DNA of 64,000 nt from a bacterium. GTDB taxonomy: Bacteria; Bacteroidota; Ignavibacteria; Kapaibacteriales; UBA2268. Position 1 is the first letter of the stretch; every line of letters begins with the position of its first letter. The notes beneath the pieces are model-generated. The model did not search any database. It was not told where the DNA came from and saw nothing but the letters and a program-made list of their open reading frames with translations. The position numbers and the translations under genes were made by a program. Shown here piece by piece: positions 29,830 through 40,469 of this stretch. The stretch covers positions 78,223 through 142,222 of the forward strand of contig JANJTB010000002.1 of NCBI GenBank assembly GCA_024711295.1, written 5' to 3'.

Positions 29830-31128
29830 TTATTCTTTTGCAAATTTATAAGTTTTGCTATTAATTTGAATAAGATATACTCCTGCTCTAAGATCTGATA
29901 CATCAATTATTTGTGTAAGATTATTATCTTTTGTCAACCCAGATTTGATAATTTTTGCATTTATGTCGTATATAGTATATGAAAAGGTCTCGTTTTCGTT
30001 CACTTGTTCCTTTTCTAAAATTAACATTATGTAATCTTGAGCCGGATTTGGGATAATAATATTTGTTTTGTTCGATTCAATGCTTGGATTCTCAACACCA
30101 GTTCCAATTGACAATTTTAGTAATTCTTTACTTTTGCCACCTAACCAACATTCACTTTCATTTGTAAAATGAATGGATAGTAAATCAAATTTTATCGGAT
30201 TTGTAATCAACTGATATTGATTATTTGATAAGTTAACCTGAGCAATCAATCCATTATTTCCACAAACATATAATTCATTCGAATTTCTTAATGCAGCGTT
30301 TTTAATTGTATTGGGTTCAAAATTAATAGCATTCCAGTTATTATCAGAACCTTTTGAATAAATTATTGATTTTTCGGTAACAATATAATAATCATTTGAA
30401 TTGCTTACAAAGAACTTAATTACTTGATTTGTGTCAGAAGGTAAAAAATTTCGTGGGCTTCCAACTACATCCCATGTAATACCATCATAAGTAGAGAGAA
30501 TATCCAATTCATTTTCCTTATTTACAGCAAGGATATAATCTTTTCCGGCGTGATTATACCCACATAATGCATCGTAATCAACATTGCTGTATTCCTGAAT
30601 TTCTTTCCAATTCTTATAAGAAAATGTTATCATGTGATATTTTGCAACACTAATTCCATACCCTGTTGAACTAACATTAGAATAAATTAAATTGGCATCA
30701 AATGAGCCTTTTGCATCATAATCATGAACTGCGTATCCTGGATTTTCCATGCTTATGTTTGAGGTATCCTTAGATATTATATAATAAACTCTTTGATAGT
30801 CCTGAATAGGAAAACTGAAAGTATTAATATTAAAACCAAACAATACAATTTCATCACCATTCTTGCTTGACTCTCCATTGAGACCAGTATCCCAATCAGT
30901 AAAATTAATCAAGGACAAGGTAGCTAAATCATTTGAATAAAAATGATTTATATCTCCAAAGTTAAGTAAAAGTAGATGTTCCTGATCAAATGAGCTGATT
31001 AAGTAAAAAGTTTCCGAGTAATCATTGGCCCACTTTGGTTGGATTACATTAAGGATGATTTCTGACTTTAGAATATTAGATATAATTACAAAGAAAAATA
31101 CTAATAGTATAACTGTAGATTTTTTCAT
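29830..31128 (-). CDS. Secreted protein with Ycf48/BNR-like repeats and T9SS type A C-terminal domain
   Basis: Signal peptide; STYDGITW, VCGNNGLI; IIPNPAQD...IDVSDLRAGVYLIQI. Confidence 0.78.
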   Translation of the reverse strand: MKKSTVILLVFFFVIISNILKSEIILNVIQPKWANDYSETFYLISSFDQEHLLLLNFGDINHFYSNDLATLSLINFTDWDTGLNGESSKNGDEIVLFGFNINTFSFPIQDYQRVYYIISKDTSNISMENPGYAVHDYDAKGSFDANLIYSNVSSTGYGISVAKYHMITFSYKNWKEIQEYSNVDYDALCGYNHAGKDYILAVNKENELDILSTYDGITWDVVGSPRNFLPSDTNQVIKFFVSNSNDYYIVTEKSIIYSKGSDNNWNAINFEPNTIKNAALRNSNELYVCGNNGLIAQVNLSNNQYQLITNPIKFDLLSIHFTNESECWLGGKSKELLKLSIGTGVENPSIESNKTNIIIPNPAQDYIMLILEKEQVNENETFSYTIYDINAKIIKSGLTKDNNLTQIIDVSDLRAGVYLIQINSKTYKFAKE

Positions 31129-31338
31129 CTTACTTACCTTGATTTTACATTCGATGTTGACTAAAAGTTATTTATCACAACAATCTTCTAAAAGTTATAT
31201 TTAGAAATATCAATTTAATAAATTATTACTAATTCTACAAATAATTTATTCATTCAATAAATATTTGACAAATTGTTTTGATATTAATATAAAATTTTTT
31301 AAGTTAGAGTATTCTTTTCTAACAAAAGGAGAAATATT

Positions 31339-32154
31339 ATGAAAACCGGAATTTTTTGTTTAATAGTTTTTTTGCTTTTTTTATTTTCATGCGAAACCAC
31401 TGTAGGTCCTAATGAAATTGGTGGAAATACCGACCTCGAATTAACAGAAATTGGCAATGAATTTGGATTATATTTTGAATTAAGAAATCTAAATATTGAT
31501 GGTTTGGATGGAAGTGAATTGGAGGATTCGATTGCAATATCAGAGAATAATAATGGTATTGTAAGATTTAGAGGATATATCTCAACCAATATTGAAACAG
31601 TGAATAAAATTGATACATTTTTAGGAACTCAGAATCTTCCAAAAAATTCTAAAGATTTGGTTTTAGATGCTTATAAGCAGAAATACGGTATTAATTATGA
31701 CACTTTAGATCAAAACAATTTAAAGATGATTATTGATACAAAACTCAAAATTACTTCCGAAGGAATTCAAGACTTTTTTCACGCGAAAGGAGACGAATCC
31801 AAGCCTTTTACTATAGTCAAATATAGCTCGAATGTTGGCGATAAATATGAATTTACCAATACTGAGGGCAAAAAAATTGTGAGGACTGTGATTCAAAAGA
31901 ATCCTGATGAAGATTGGGATATTGCTTTTTGGAGAGTAAAAACAATAAGAGTTGAAGAAGAGTTGATTGATGATCCATTAGCTGATAAAGTTATATATGT
32001 TTGCAATCATAAATTTGGGCTTGTAGGTTTGATAATACACTTGAAAAATGGAAAAATTCTCGACACTACAGTTATGCCGCCAACTTTATGGTTTTGTGCT
32101 AATTTAATTATTTCTAATAACAGCCTGTACATAATTGAATCACTAATTACATAA
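31339..32154 (+). CDS. Hypothetical lipoprotein
   Basis: AAGGAG RBS, LFSC lipobox; no family recognised. Confidence 0.7.
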   Translation: MKTGIFCLIVFLLFLFSCETTVGPNEIGGNTDLELTEIGNEFGLYFELRNLNIDGLDGSELEDSIAISENNNGIVRFRGYISTNIETVNKIDTFLGTQNLPKNSKDLVLDAYKQKYGINYDTLDQNNLKMIIDTKLKITSEGIQDFFHAKGDESKPFTIVKYSSNVGDKYEFTNTEGKKIVRTVIQKNPDEDWDIAFWRVKTIRVEEELIDDPLADKVIYVCNHKFGLVGLIIHLKNGKILDTTVMPPTLWFCANLIISNNSLYIIESLIT

Positions 32155-32223
32155 TTCTTTTATTTCTAAAAAAAAGATGATTTGCATATTGGTAAATGAA
32201 AAATGTTTTGATTAGGAATTCAA

Positions 32224-32610
32224 TTACTTTTCAGGAATTAGTTTGACAATTTTTTGCTTGTTTTTGATACAGAAATTGATGTAATCAGCTCTATCTATTG
32301 CAAGTCTGAATGGTAAAGGCATAAAATCATAACTTTTATCGAACAACAAACGCATTGCTCTGTCATTTTCAAATGCTTGCTTAGTTACAGGACCTATGTG
32401 TTTTAAAAAAATCTTTTTTATCTCAGGAGTATATTTTTTATAGGTTTTCTGAATTTGTTGGTAAATTTTATTACTGTCAAGAATGGTTTCTACCATAGAT
32501 TTTCCAGATTTTTTTTCGCTTGGCTTTTCATCAGACTTAGCTTGTATCATGTTTGTTGTGCATACAAGAGCCAACAATAGAATAGATAAAAATGTAAATA
32601 TTGAATTCAT
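32224..32610 (-). CDS. Hypothetical exported protein
   Basis: Start moved to MNSIFTFLSILLLALVC (signal-like); basic helical body. Confidence 0.6.
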   Translation of the reverse strand: MNSIFTFLSILLLALVCTTNMIQAKSDEKPSEKKSGKSMVETILDSNKIYQQIQKTYKKYTPEIKKIFLKHIGPVTKQAFENDRAMRLLFDKSYDFMPLPFRLAIDRADYINFCIKNKQKIVKLIPEK

Positions 32611-32617
32611 ACTGATC

Positions 32618-33034
32618 CTAATTAAACCTATAAGATATAATTCCCTCATCGTTAACCTCAGAAACTACACCAAACTCCATAGCTTTAGATTCTACAAACT
32701 GTTTTGCATCATTTGGGTTAAGATTGCTGGCAACTGCAAATTGAAATGATGTAATTTTTCCACCATTCTGTTTTACTACGTCATAAAAGATTTTGTTAAG
32801 TTGCTCATTTTGAAACTTCTTTTTTCTTGTGATATTTATATATGCCATTATAATACCAACTATAGTTAGAAATAATCCGGCATAAGCAAGAATCATTGAG
32901 TCCTTGTCATCGGAGTATGTAAAACTGATAATGATGAAAAGCAAACCATAAAAAATTGCACCGTAAGTAAAAAGTGCTCTTTCTTTAGATGACAATTTTC
33001 TAAATCTATCGAATTTGTCAGCCTTGTTATCCAT
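32618..33034 (-). CDS. Hypothetical membrane protein (2 TM plus small C-terminal winged-helix-like domain)
   Basis: Two hydrophobic segments; NGGKIT...EVNDEGIISYRF. Confidence 0.7.
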   Translation of the reverse strand: MDNKADKFDRFRKLSSKERALFTYGAIFYGLLFIIISFTYSDDKDSMILAYAGLFLTIVGIIMAYINITRKKKFQNEQLNKIFYDVVKQNGGKITSFQFAVASNLNPNDAKQFVESKAMEFGVVSEVNDEGIISYRFN

Positions 33035-33140
33035 ACAATAGAGAAATAATATTGAGTATTTTTTTTATCTTCAAAACTAATAAAAAATTTATAGATAATC
33101 AAGTAAAATCATCACTTTGTAATTTTACTGTATTATCAAT

Positions 33141-33280
33141 GTGTCCAATTTGTGTCCAAAAAGTTTTGAAAGACAGTGGAAATTAGTGGATAATGAGTGT
33201 ATTGATTTTTGAACTTTGAAATTCTGTATGATCGCACCAATACTAAATAAAAAAGGCTGTGATTTATTTCACAGCCTTTT
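33141..33280 (-). repeat. tRNA-3'-linked conserved non-coding element, copy B
   Basis: Reverse complement matches 8441-8580 at 121/140 nt. Same offset from the tRNA discriminator base. Repeats TCCACTAATTTCCACTG and TTGGACACAAATTGGACAC. Confidence 0.85.
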
Positions 33281-33291
33281 ACTTGTTTGTG

Positions 33292-33365
33292 CTCCCAAGG
33301 AGGGACTTGAACCCCCGACCCTCTGATTAACAGTCAGATGCTCTAACCAGCTGAGCTACTTGGGA
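33292..33365 (-). tRNA. tRNA-Asn (GTT)
   Basis: Acceptor TCCCAAG/CTTGGGA; anticodon arm TCTGA-CTGTTAA-TCAGA; T-loop TTCAAGT. Confidence 0.96.
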
Positions 33366-33379
33366 AACTTAATAGAATA

Positions 33380-33410
33380 CAAAAGTAAGAACTTTTCGTA
33401 TATTTGCAAA
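33380..33410 (-). promoter_or_regulatory. Promoter for tRNA-Asn
   Basis: Minus strand TTTG - 19 nt - TACTTTTG. Confidence 0.55.
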
Positions 33411-33454
33411 ATATTTTTTTACATTTATCAATATTTTTTTCTTTTTTTTCAATT

Positions 33455-34183
33455 ATGATTGTAAAAACTGAGTCTGTAATACTTACTGCCCGCAAACAAG
33501 GCGATACAAGTAAAATTATAACCGTATTTTCTAAAGATTATGGTAAAATTTCCTTAATAGCTAAAGGTGCTCGAAACTCCAGGAATAAATTTGGTGCCTC
33601 AATCGAACCTCTTTCTATAAGCAACTTGTATTTTTATATGAAACCGAATACTGAACTGTACTTGCTTTCAAATTCTGAAATCGAAACCAAGTTATATAAT
33701 ATCATTAAAAATGACAAACATCTTACTTGCAGCTTTATTATATCTGAGGTAGTTAACTCGACTCAACTAAATAAAAATCCAAATAATGAGCTTTATGATC
33801 TAATTAAATCTTCTCTAATAGGTCTTAACTTAATGGATAATAGACCGGAATCTATATACATCAGTTTTATGTTTAGATTTTTTGACTTAATGGGATTTGG
33901 CTTTGATATGAGTGAGTCCGCAAACTGCACAAAAAAAGTAATTACGATAGATATCGGAAGTGCAATGATTATGGACGGTTCATTTTCGAGCAATGAGGTA
34001 AATTTTAAAATGTCAAAAATATTAGTTGATAAGTTGTATCAAATTAGTAGCAGCGAAGATCATAATAATGACATATCAATAAATCAGACAGAATTCATAA
34101 CAGTAAACAATTTTTTTCAGTCTTATCTATCTTATCACTTAGAAACAAATTTTAAATTAAAATCTACAAATTTAATATCATAA
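33455..34183 (+). CDS. recO: DNA repair protein RecO
   Basis: MIVKTESVIL..GDTSKIITVFSKDYGKISLIAKGAR; start moved to ATG 33455. Confidence 0.88.
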   Translation: MIVKTESVILTARKQGDTSKIITVFSKDYGKISLIAKGARNSRNKFGASIEPLSISNLYFYMKPNTELYLLSNSEIETKLYNIIKNDKHLTCSFIISEVVNSTQLNKNPNNELYDLIKSSLIGLNLMDNRPESIYISFMFRFFDLMGFGFDMSESANCTKKVITIDIGSAMIMDGSFSSNEVNFKMSKILVDKLYQISSSEDHNNDISINQTEFITVNNFFQSYLSYHLETNFKLKSTNLIS

Positions 34184-34188
34184 CAAAA

Positions 34189-35481
34189 ATGGACTATCTC
34201 AGTTACAATTTACTCAATATTGCCATAATCCAAGTCATTACAAGTTTTATTAACTCTGCTGAAATATCATTGAGTAAATTTAAAGCTCATTGTGAAGAAA
34301 ATGAAATTTTTTCGAATACCCGTTTGTTCAATCTAACATTTAGAATATCTGAAAACTTTCAAAATTATATTCCAACAATAGTTATCACAAGATATCTTTT
34401 CATTATGTTATTGGGTCTGGAAGTATATTCAGTTTCAAAAAACGAAAAAATAATTAGTTATATTCAATTTGATAGTACATTTTTATTATTTATTATTTTA
34501 ACTCTGATCATTCTACCAATATTTGTATTTTTCTCATATGTTTTACCAAGGATATTACTAAGTGGAGCGGGTTATAGAATGGCTTTGGCATCATTATACC
34601 CATTGTTAATATTACACTATTTTTTGTTACCAATAAGAATAATTATAACCGGTTTCGTTAAAATAACAGAGTTAGTCACAAGCAAGTCTTTAGAGCAATC
34701 TCAGCTTAATTCTGAAGAAGAAATAAGACAAATTATCGAAATTAACACTCAAGCCGGCAATATTGAAGAGAATGAAGGTAAGTTGATTGATAACATTTTT
34801 GATTTTAAGGATACCACAGTCAAGCAGGTAATGACACCCCGAAGTAATATTAAAGCAGTTGCTGATGATTGGAGTATGTCTGAAATCATAGAAATAATAA
34901 GAAGTGAAAGCTATTCAAGATATCCTGTATTTAGTAAAAATTTAGATAATATCATTGGTCTTCTCCACGCTAAAGACATGGTTGGTATGCTTCAGTCAGA
35001 TATCGATTCATTACCTAAGGAATTAATAAGAAAGACTATTCGTGTCAAGGAAGATGATTTCATTGATGAAATTTTACCGGAATTTCAAAAGCAGAAAATT
35101 CAGCTAGCTATTGTTATTGATGATTTTGGCGGCACTGCCGGAATTATTTCGATGGAAGATATTTTGGAAGAAATAGTTGGAGAAATCAACGATGAACACG
35201 ACGAGGAAGAAAAAGACATTGATTTATTGGCAGAAAATGTGTTCATAGTATCAGCGCATGTTAATATCAGAGAATTGAACGAAATATTGCCGGAGGAGCT
35301 TCCTGAAAGTGAAAATTATGAGACGATAGCAGGATTAATAATTACCGAAACAGAAAGTATTCCGGAATTACATTCCTTGATTAACTATCAAAATTATGTA
35401 TTCGAAATTCTAAAAAGGACAAAAACTAAAGTTGAGAAAGTAAAAATCACTTATTCAGAATCATCTTCGATAAACGAGTAA
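34189..35481 (+). CDS. HlyC/CorC (CNNM) family membrane protein with CBS pair
   Basis: TM region, VKQVMTPR, YSRYPV, DDFGGTAGIISMEDILEEIVGEI.DEHD, CorC tail. Confidence 0.88.
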   Translation: MDYLSYNLLNIAIIQVITSFINSAEISLSKFKAHCEENEIFSNTRLFNLTFRISENFQNYIPTIVITRYLFIMLLGLEVYSVSKNEKIISYIQFDSTFLLFIILTLIILPIFVFFSYVLPRILLSGAGYRMALASLYPLLILHYFLLPIRIIITGFVKITELVTSKSLEQSQLNSEEEIRQIIEINTQAGNIEENEGKLIDNIFDFKDTTVKQVMTPRSNIKAVADDWSMSEIIEIIRSESYSRYPVFSKNLDNIIGLLHAKDMVGMLQSDIDSLPKELIRKTIRVKEDDFIDEILPEFQKQKIQLAIVIDDFGGTAGIISMEDILEEIVGEINDEHDEEEKDIDLLAENVFIVSAHVNIRELNEILPEELPESENYETIAGLIITETESIPELHSLINYQNYVFEILKRTKTKVEKVKITYSESSSINE

Positions 35482-36137
35482 TTGTTCCTTGGAGGTAAAG
35501 ATGTTAGAATGGGCATTAAGAATTCAACAGATTTCTTTAAATCATCCAAAGTTCCATCATTTTGAATAGTAAAGTCTGCTAATTTAACCTTTTCATCCTG
35601 AGAAATTTGTTCTTTCATTCTCTTCAAGATATCTTCTTTTGATAATCCCGTTCTTGAAATTGCTCTCTTTACTCTGTTATCATTTGATGAAGTAACACAG
35701 ACTATATAATCAAACCCTTCATCAAGACCTGCTTCATAAATCAAAGCACTTTCTACAAAAACTGGGTTAAATCCCTTTGAAATCTGAAATTCAATCTCAC
35801 GAATCATCATTTCGATAACCGGTGGATGAACAATGGAATTAAGTTGGTTTAGTTTTTCACTTGAATTGAATACAAGGTCCGACAAGTATTTTGAATTAAC
35901 TTTATTTTCTATAAAGCTATCAGTACCAAATGAAGCAATTATTTGATTAATAACATCCATATCATCAGACATTACTTTTTTTGCTAAATAATCTGTTGAT
36001 ATTACAACAAATCCCATTTCAGAAATAATTTTGGCTACTTCACTTTTGCCGCTTGCAATTCCACCAGTTATTGCAATTATCAGCGAGTTGTCTTTTTCGT
36101 CAATTTCCGGAATATTCGCCAAGTTTAAGCCCTGCAT
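35451..36137 (-). CDS. coaE: Dephospho-CoA kinase
   Basis: ITGGIASGKS, LNSIVHP, ESALIYE, ADFTIQNDG. Confidence 0.92.
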   Translation of the reverse strand: MQGLNLANIPEIDEKDNSLIIAITGGIASGKSEVAKIISEMGFVVISTDYLAKKVMSDDMDVINQIIASFGTDSFIENKVNSKYLSDLVFNSSEKLNQLNSIVHPPVIEMMIREIEFQISKGFNPVFVESALIYEAGLDEGFDYIVCVTSSNDNRVKRAISRTGLSKEDILKRMKEQISQDEKVKLADFTIQNDGTLDDLKKSVEFLMPILTSLPPRNNYSFIEDDSE

Positions 36138-36684
36138 TATAAATCATCTCTAATCTGGTATTGTCTAATCTATTCGCATCAAAAAGAATGTTTTCTGCAA
36201 TATCTTTCGAAAAAAGCAATCCTAATGAATCAATGTATTCCGAAATATTTCGTGCAATTCCTGCAGCTTCAATCTCGTAAGAAGAAATCATCATTATTTT
36301 ACCATTAGTTTTGATATCGGGAATGCCACTGTTGACATTATCGTAAATATACGCAGGTTGAAATAATGGCTCAAGTCTGTCTAAAAGATTTTTTAAATAT
36401 TCAGTAGATCCGTTAGTATTGATATGAGTTGCAAAAATCCATATTTCAGATTCCCTAAATAATGGATATAAATTATTCATATCATCATCACAACGGCACT
36501 TTGTATCATAAGAGAAAGATGATTGAGAAGTACAGCCATAGCATGGTTTAATGTCTAAATCGTGAACTTTTACCTTTTGAATTTCTAAATTAAATTTTGA
36601 TAGACCTTCTATAAGTTTATCCACTGCTTTGTAAGTATCAATATTTAATTTTTCACTAATGCAATCAATAAGCAGGACTTTCAT
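36100..36684 (-). CDS. Flavodoxin-fold / iron-sulfur-flavoprotein-like protein
   Basis: IKPCYGC...CRCDDDM, LKNLLDR. Confidence 0.7.
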   Translation of the reverse strand: MKVLLIDCISEKLNIDTYKAVDKLIEGLSKFNLEIQKVKVHDLDIKPCYGCTSQSSFSYDTKCRCDDDMNNLYPLFRESEIWIFATHINTNGSTEYLKNLLDRLEPLFQPAYIYDNVNSGIPDIKTNGKIMMISSYEIEAAGIARNISEYIDSLGLLFSKDIAENILFDANRLDNTRLEMIYNAGLKLGEYSGN

Positions 36685-36746
36685 AAGAATACCACAATTC
36701 TGATTTTGGAATAATGTTAATTACTTTAAATATCAAAAAATATTGT

Positions 36747-36785
36747 TTAGAGTGAATATTTAAATCTCATAAATATTCACTCTAA
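36747..36785 (-). terminator. Hairpin downstream of secA
   Basis: TTAGAGTGAATATTTA/TAAATATTCACTCTAA inverted repeat. Confidence 0.55.
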
Positions 36786-36795
36786 TACTTAATTC

Positions 36796-39700
36796 TTAGT
36801 CTAATACTTCGCACATATCATTTTGTATATCAAATTCAAGTTTTTTGTATTTTGCTTCTACAATTTTTCCATCTCTGTATTTGACCTTTACGTTGTCATT
36901 ACGTCCAAATTTTCGTTCATTTCGCTTAAACGTTTGGCTTACTGTTGTAGCCTGTCCTGTGGGTTGCTCTTGTTGCGGAACATTTTGCAAGAAAGCAGGT
37001 GTTTGGTTTGAGTGCTCAAACTTCATCGTCGAAGTATTGGTTCTCTGCATTACCCTTGGCATGCCATCAGCTGTTGTATCTGTAGCAACCGGACTAATTG
37101 GCCTTCTGACCCTAACCTGCTGCTGAACAACTTGTGGAAAATACTTAAACGCAAAATAAACACTCTCTTTATTAATTTCGTGTACTAAATCAACAAAAAG
37201 CTTGTATGCTTCGGACTTATACTCCAGTAATGGATCCTTTTGTCCGTACGACCTTAGGTGAATACCTTCTTTGAGGTCATCCATTACTCTAAGATGTTCT
37301 CTCCATTTATCGTCAATTGTTTGTAATACTGCAACCCTCTCCAATTTTGACATAAACTCAATTCCGAGCATTTCTTCCTTGCGTTTATAAAAATCTTTTG
37401 CTGCTTTGGATACTCTTTCTATCAGCTCGTTATCGTTATTACTCTCGAAATCCTTCTCAGTTACATACACTTCACAAAGCAAGTGAGCTCTGATTGAATC
37501 TTTAAATTCTTTAACTCTTTTATCAGGTTTGTATTCCTCTATCAAATCGGTGACTATATCTTCGATATAATCAAAGAGTTCACCCTTTAACCTTTCACCT
37601 CTTAATGCAGCTCTACGTCTGTTGTAGATAACTTCACGCTGCTGATTCATTACGTTATCGTATTCAAGCAATCTTTTGCGAATAGCAAAGTTATTTTCTT
37701 CAACCTTTTTCTGAGCTCTTTCTACAGATTTTGAAATCATGGAATGTTGGATGGGTTCACCTTCTGGAATTTTTAATTTTGCCATAACGTTTGCAATCCT
37801 TTCACCACCGAACAATCTCATCAAATCATCTTCGAGTGAAATGTAGAATATCGAACTTCCGGGGTCTCCCTGTCGTCCTGCTCTACCGCGCAACTGTCTA
37901 TCTATACGCCTTGCATCATGTCTTTCGGAGCCTAATATAGCCAAACCACCTTTACTCTTAACATCATGGTCGAGTTTGATATCAGTACCTCTACCGGCCA
38001 TATTAGTCGCAATAGTGATGGCGCCCTTCTGACCAGCTAAAGATACAATTTCAGCCTCTTTAGCGTGGTGTTTAGCATTTAATACATTGTGCTTGATACC
38101 GTTGCGTTTCAACATTTTTGATAAAACTTCAGAGACCTCAACACTTGCTGTACCTACAAGAACAGCTCTACCCTCCTGCTGCAACCTTTTTACCTCATCA
38201 ACCAAAGCATTATATTTTTCACGTTTAGTTTTGAAAATTAAATCTTCCTGATCATCCCTAACTATTGGTCTATTTGTAGGAATAACCGTAACTTCTAAAT
38301 TGTATATCTTTTCGAATTCTGCCGCTTCAGTATCAGCTGTACCTGTCATACCTGCGAGTTTTCGATACAATCTGAAATAATTTTGGAGTGTGATTGTTGC
38401 AAAGGTTTGTGTATCTCTTTCAACTTTAACATTCTCTTTTGCTTCAATTGCCTGATGTAAACCTTCAGAATACCTTCTTCCTTCAAGAATACGACCTGTA
38501 AATTCATCAACGATCATAATTTTACCGTCCTGAATCACATATTCTACATCTTTTTCGTAGAGAGAATATGCCCTGAGTAACTGCTGAATGGTATGAATTC
38601 TATCGCTGCGTTCAGCAAAAATCAAATGAGCTTCGTCTTTTGCAAGCTGCTTTTCATCGGGGGATAACGAATCGTTGCCTTCTATCGCGCTGAATTGAGC
38701 TGCTATATCAGGAATGACAAACATATCAGGATCTTCGTCACGTGTACCCAATAGTTCGCGTCCTTTTTCTGAAATATCAATTTGGTGAGTCTTTTCATCA
38801 ATTGTATAGAACAACTCATCGTCAATCTCGTGCATTCTCCTTCCCTGGTCACGCAGGAAGAATAGCTCGGTATCTCGTTTCAGTTTTTGGTTTTCTGGCT
38901 CTTGCAGGAGTTTAGTTAACTTCTTATGTTTAGGTAATCCTCTGTATGCTCTTAATAAATTTACACCGGCTTTTTCCAAATCTTCTTTCGATCCTGATTT
39001 GATATATGACTCAGCTTCAGCTACAATACCATTAACAAATCTTGTCTGAGATTCAATCAGTCTCTTAACTCTTGGATTCATTTCCTCAAATCTTTGATCA
39101 CTCTGACCTACAGGACCGGATATTATCAAAGGCGTTCTTGCTTCATCTATCAAAACTGAGTCAACTTCATCAACTATTGCAAACCAATGCTCACGTTGAA
39201 CAATGTTATCGAGGTCAATAACCATGTTATCTCTTAGATAATCAAAGCCAAACTCGTTATTGGTACCATAAGAAATATCCATGTTATAAATTTTTCTGCG
39301 AACATCATTTTCCATATTTGATTGAATAGCACCAACAGTTAGTCCAAGATATTCAAATACAGGCGACATCCATTCAGAGTCTCTTCTGGCGAGATAGTCA
39401 TTAACAGTAACCAGGTGCACACCTTTGCCTGCTAATGCATTCAAATAAACCGGTGCTACGGCAACAAGTGTTTTCCCTTCGCCTGTAGCCATTTCCGAAA
39501 TTCTACCTCTATGCAGTACAATACCGCCAATCATCTGAACATCATAAGGAACCATATCCCATATAGCCGGCTGACCTGCATAAGTATAACTGTGGCGATT
39601 CTCTTTCAACCTCTTGCATGCTTGTTTCACAACCGCAAATGCTTGGGGTAAAAGCTCATCTAATTTGTCGTTAATAGTTTGAAATATGTCATCTCCCAGG

Positions 39701-39972
39701 TCTTTAATCTGCTGAGTGATATCAGAAATCTGAGAACTGTCTAGATCTTCGTTTTGTAGTCGTTGCTGCAATTCAACTTTTTTTGCTTCAAGCTCTTTTA
39801 CTGATTGTTTGATTATTTCCTTAAATTCATCTGTTTTAGATTTAAGCTTTTCATCAGAAAGAGCATTATATTTTTCATAATAAGAATTTATTTCCTTAAC
39901 TAAAGGCATTAATTCCTTAACATCTTTTTCGTGCTTATTACCGAATAGCTTATTTAATATGTTTGCTATCAT
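36796..39972 (-). CDS. secA: Preprotein translocase subunit SecA
   Basis: EMATGEGKT, IVDEVDSVLIDEARTPLIISG, TNMAGRGTDI, QLRGRAGRQGDPG; start moved to ATG 39972. Confidence 0.98.
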   Translation of the reverse strand: MIANILNKLFGNKHEKDVKELMPLVKEINSYYEKYNALSDEKLKSKTDEFKEIIKQSVKELEAKKVELQQRLQNEDLDSSQISDITQQIKDLGDDIFQTINDKLDELLPQAFAVVKQACKRLKENRHSYTYAGQPAIWDMVPYDVQMIGGIVLHRGRISEMATGEGKTLVAVAPVYLNALAGKGVHLVTVNDYLARRDSEWMSPVFEYLGLTVGAIQSNMENDVRRKIYNMDISYGTNNEFGFDYLRDNMVIDLDNIVQREHWFAIVDEVDSVLIDEARTPLIISGPVGQSDQRFEEMNPRVKRLIESQTRFVNGIVAEAESYIKSGSKEDLEKAGVNLLRAYRGLPKHKKLTKLLQEPENQKLKRDTELFFLRDQGRRMHEIDDELFYTIDEKTHQIDISEKGRELLGTRDEDPDMFVIPDIAAQFSAIEGNDSLSPDEKQLAKDEAHLIFAERSDRIHTIQQLLRAYSLYEKDVEYVIQDGKIMIVDEFTGRILEGRRYSEGLHQAIEAKENVKVERDTQTFATITLQNYFRLYRKLAGMTGTADTEAAEFEKIYNLEVTVIPTNRPIVRDDQEDLIFKTKREKYNALVDEVKRLQQEGRAVLVGTASVEVSEVLSKMLKRNGIKHNVLNAKHHAKEAEIVSLAGQKGAITIATNMAGRGTDIKLDHDVKSKGGLAILGSERHDARRIDRQLRGRAGRQGDPGSSIFYISLEDDLMRLFGGERIANVMAKLKIPEGEPIQHSMISKSVERAQKKVEENNFAIRKRLLEYDNVMNQQREVIYNRRRAALRGERLKGELFDYIEDIVTDLIEEYKPDKRVKEFKDSIRAHLLCEVYVTEKDFESNNDNELIERVSKAAKDFYKRKEEMLGIEFMSKLERVAVLQTIDDKWREHLRVMDDLKEGIHLRSYGQKDPLLEYKSEAYKLFVDLVHEINKESVYFAFKYFPQVVQQQVRVRRPISPVATDTTADGMPRVMQRTNTSTMKFEHSNQTPAFLQNVPQQEQPTGQATTVSQTFKRNERKFGRNDNVKVKYRDGKIVEAKYKKLEFDIQNDMCEVLD

Positions 39973-40051
39973 TGTGTGAAACTTTAAATTATTTTTCAAT
40001 ACCAATTAAATATTAACGTTTTATAATCTTTGATATTTATTTTTATTTAAA

Positions 40052-40465
40052 ATGCCGCTTAAAATTAGTGATGACATTATATTACAAGAGAATGACCTTG
40101 AATTTGAGTATAGCAGATCATCAGGTCCGGGTGGTCAGAATGTAAATAAGGTAGAAACCGCAGTAAGACTACGTTTCGATATATCAAACAGTTCATTATC
40201 TGATGAAATTAAGTTTTTATTAACATCATCAAAAGACAAAAGGATAAATTCTGAGGGTATCCTAATAATTGAATCAAGAGAATCAAGAAGTCAATTGCAA
40301 AATAAACAAATCGCCTTCAGTAAATTAGTAGATTTGTTAAAAAAAATATCTCAGCCTAAAAAGAAAAGAATTAAGTCCTCTCCAAGTTTGGCATCAAAAC
40401 AAAGAAGGATTGAAGGTAAAAAACACAAGAGTGAAATTAAGCAACTAAGAAAAAAAGTCTTTTAA
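40052..40465 (+). CDS. arfB: Alternative ribosome-rescue peptidyl-tRNA hydrolase ArfB
   Basis: RSSGPGGQNVNKV, RSQLQN, basic C-terminal tail. Confidence 0.93.
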   Translation: MPLKISDDIILQENDLEFEYSRSSGPGGQNVNKVETAVRLRFDISNSSLSDEIKFLLTSSKDKRINSEGILIIESRESRSQLQNKQIAFSKLVDLLKKISQPKKKRIKSSPSLASKQRRIEGKKHKSEIKQLRKKVF

Positions 40466-40469
40466 TTGA

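Noticed and set aside
29768..33140. A matching attR (tRNA-Asn or tRNA-Asp 3' duplicate) closing the islet
   Set aside because: No recognisable copy found by eye in the intergenic gaps, so the islet is not called a mobile element.
36796..36920. SecA C-terminus lacking the Cys zinc-binding motif
   Set aside because: The GRND..V...K.KK tail without the Cys motif is, as far as I know, common in FCB-group SecA; not novel.
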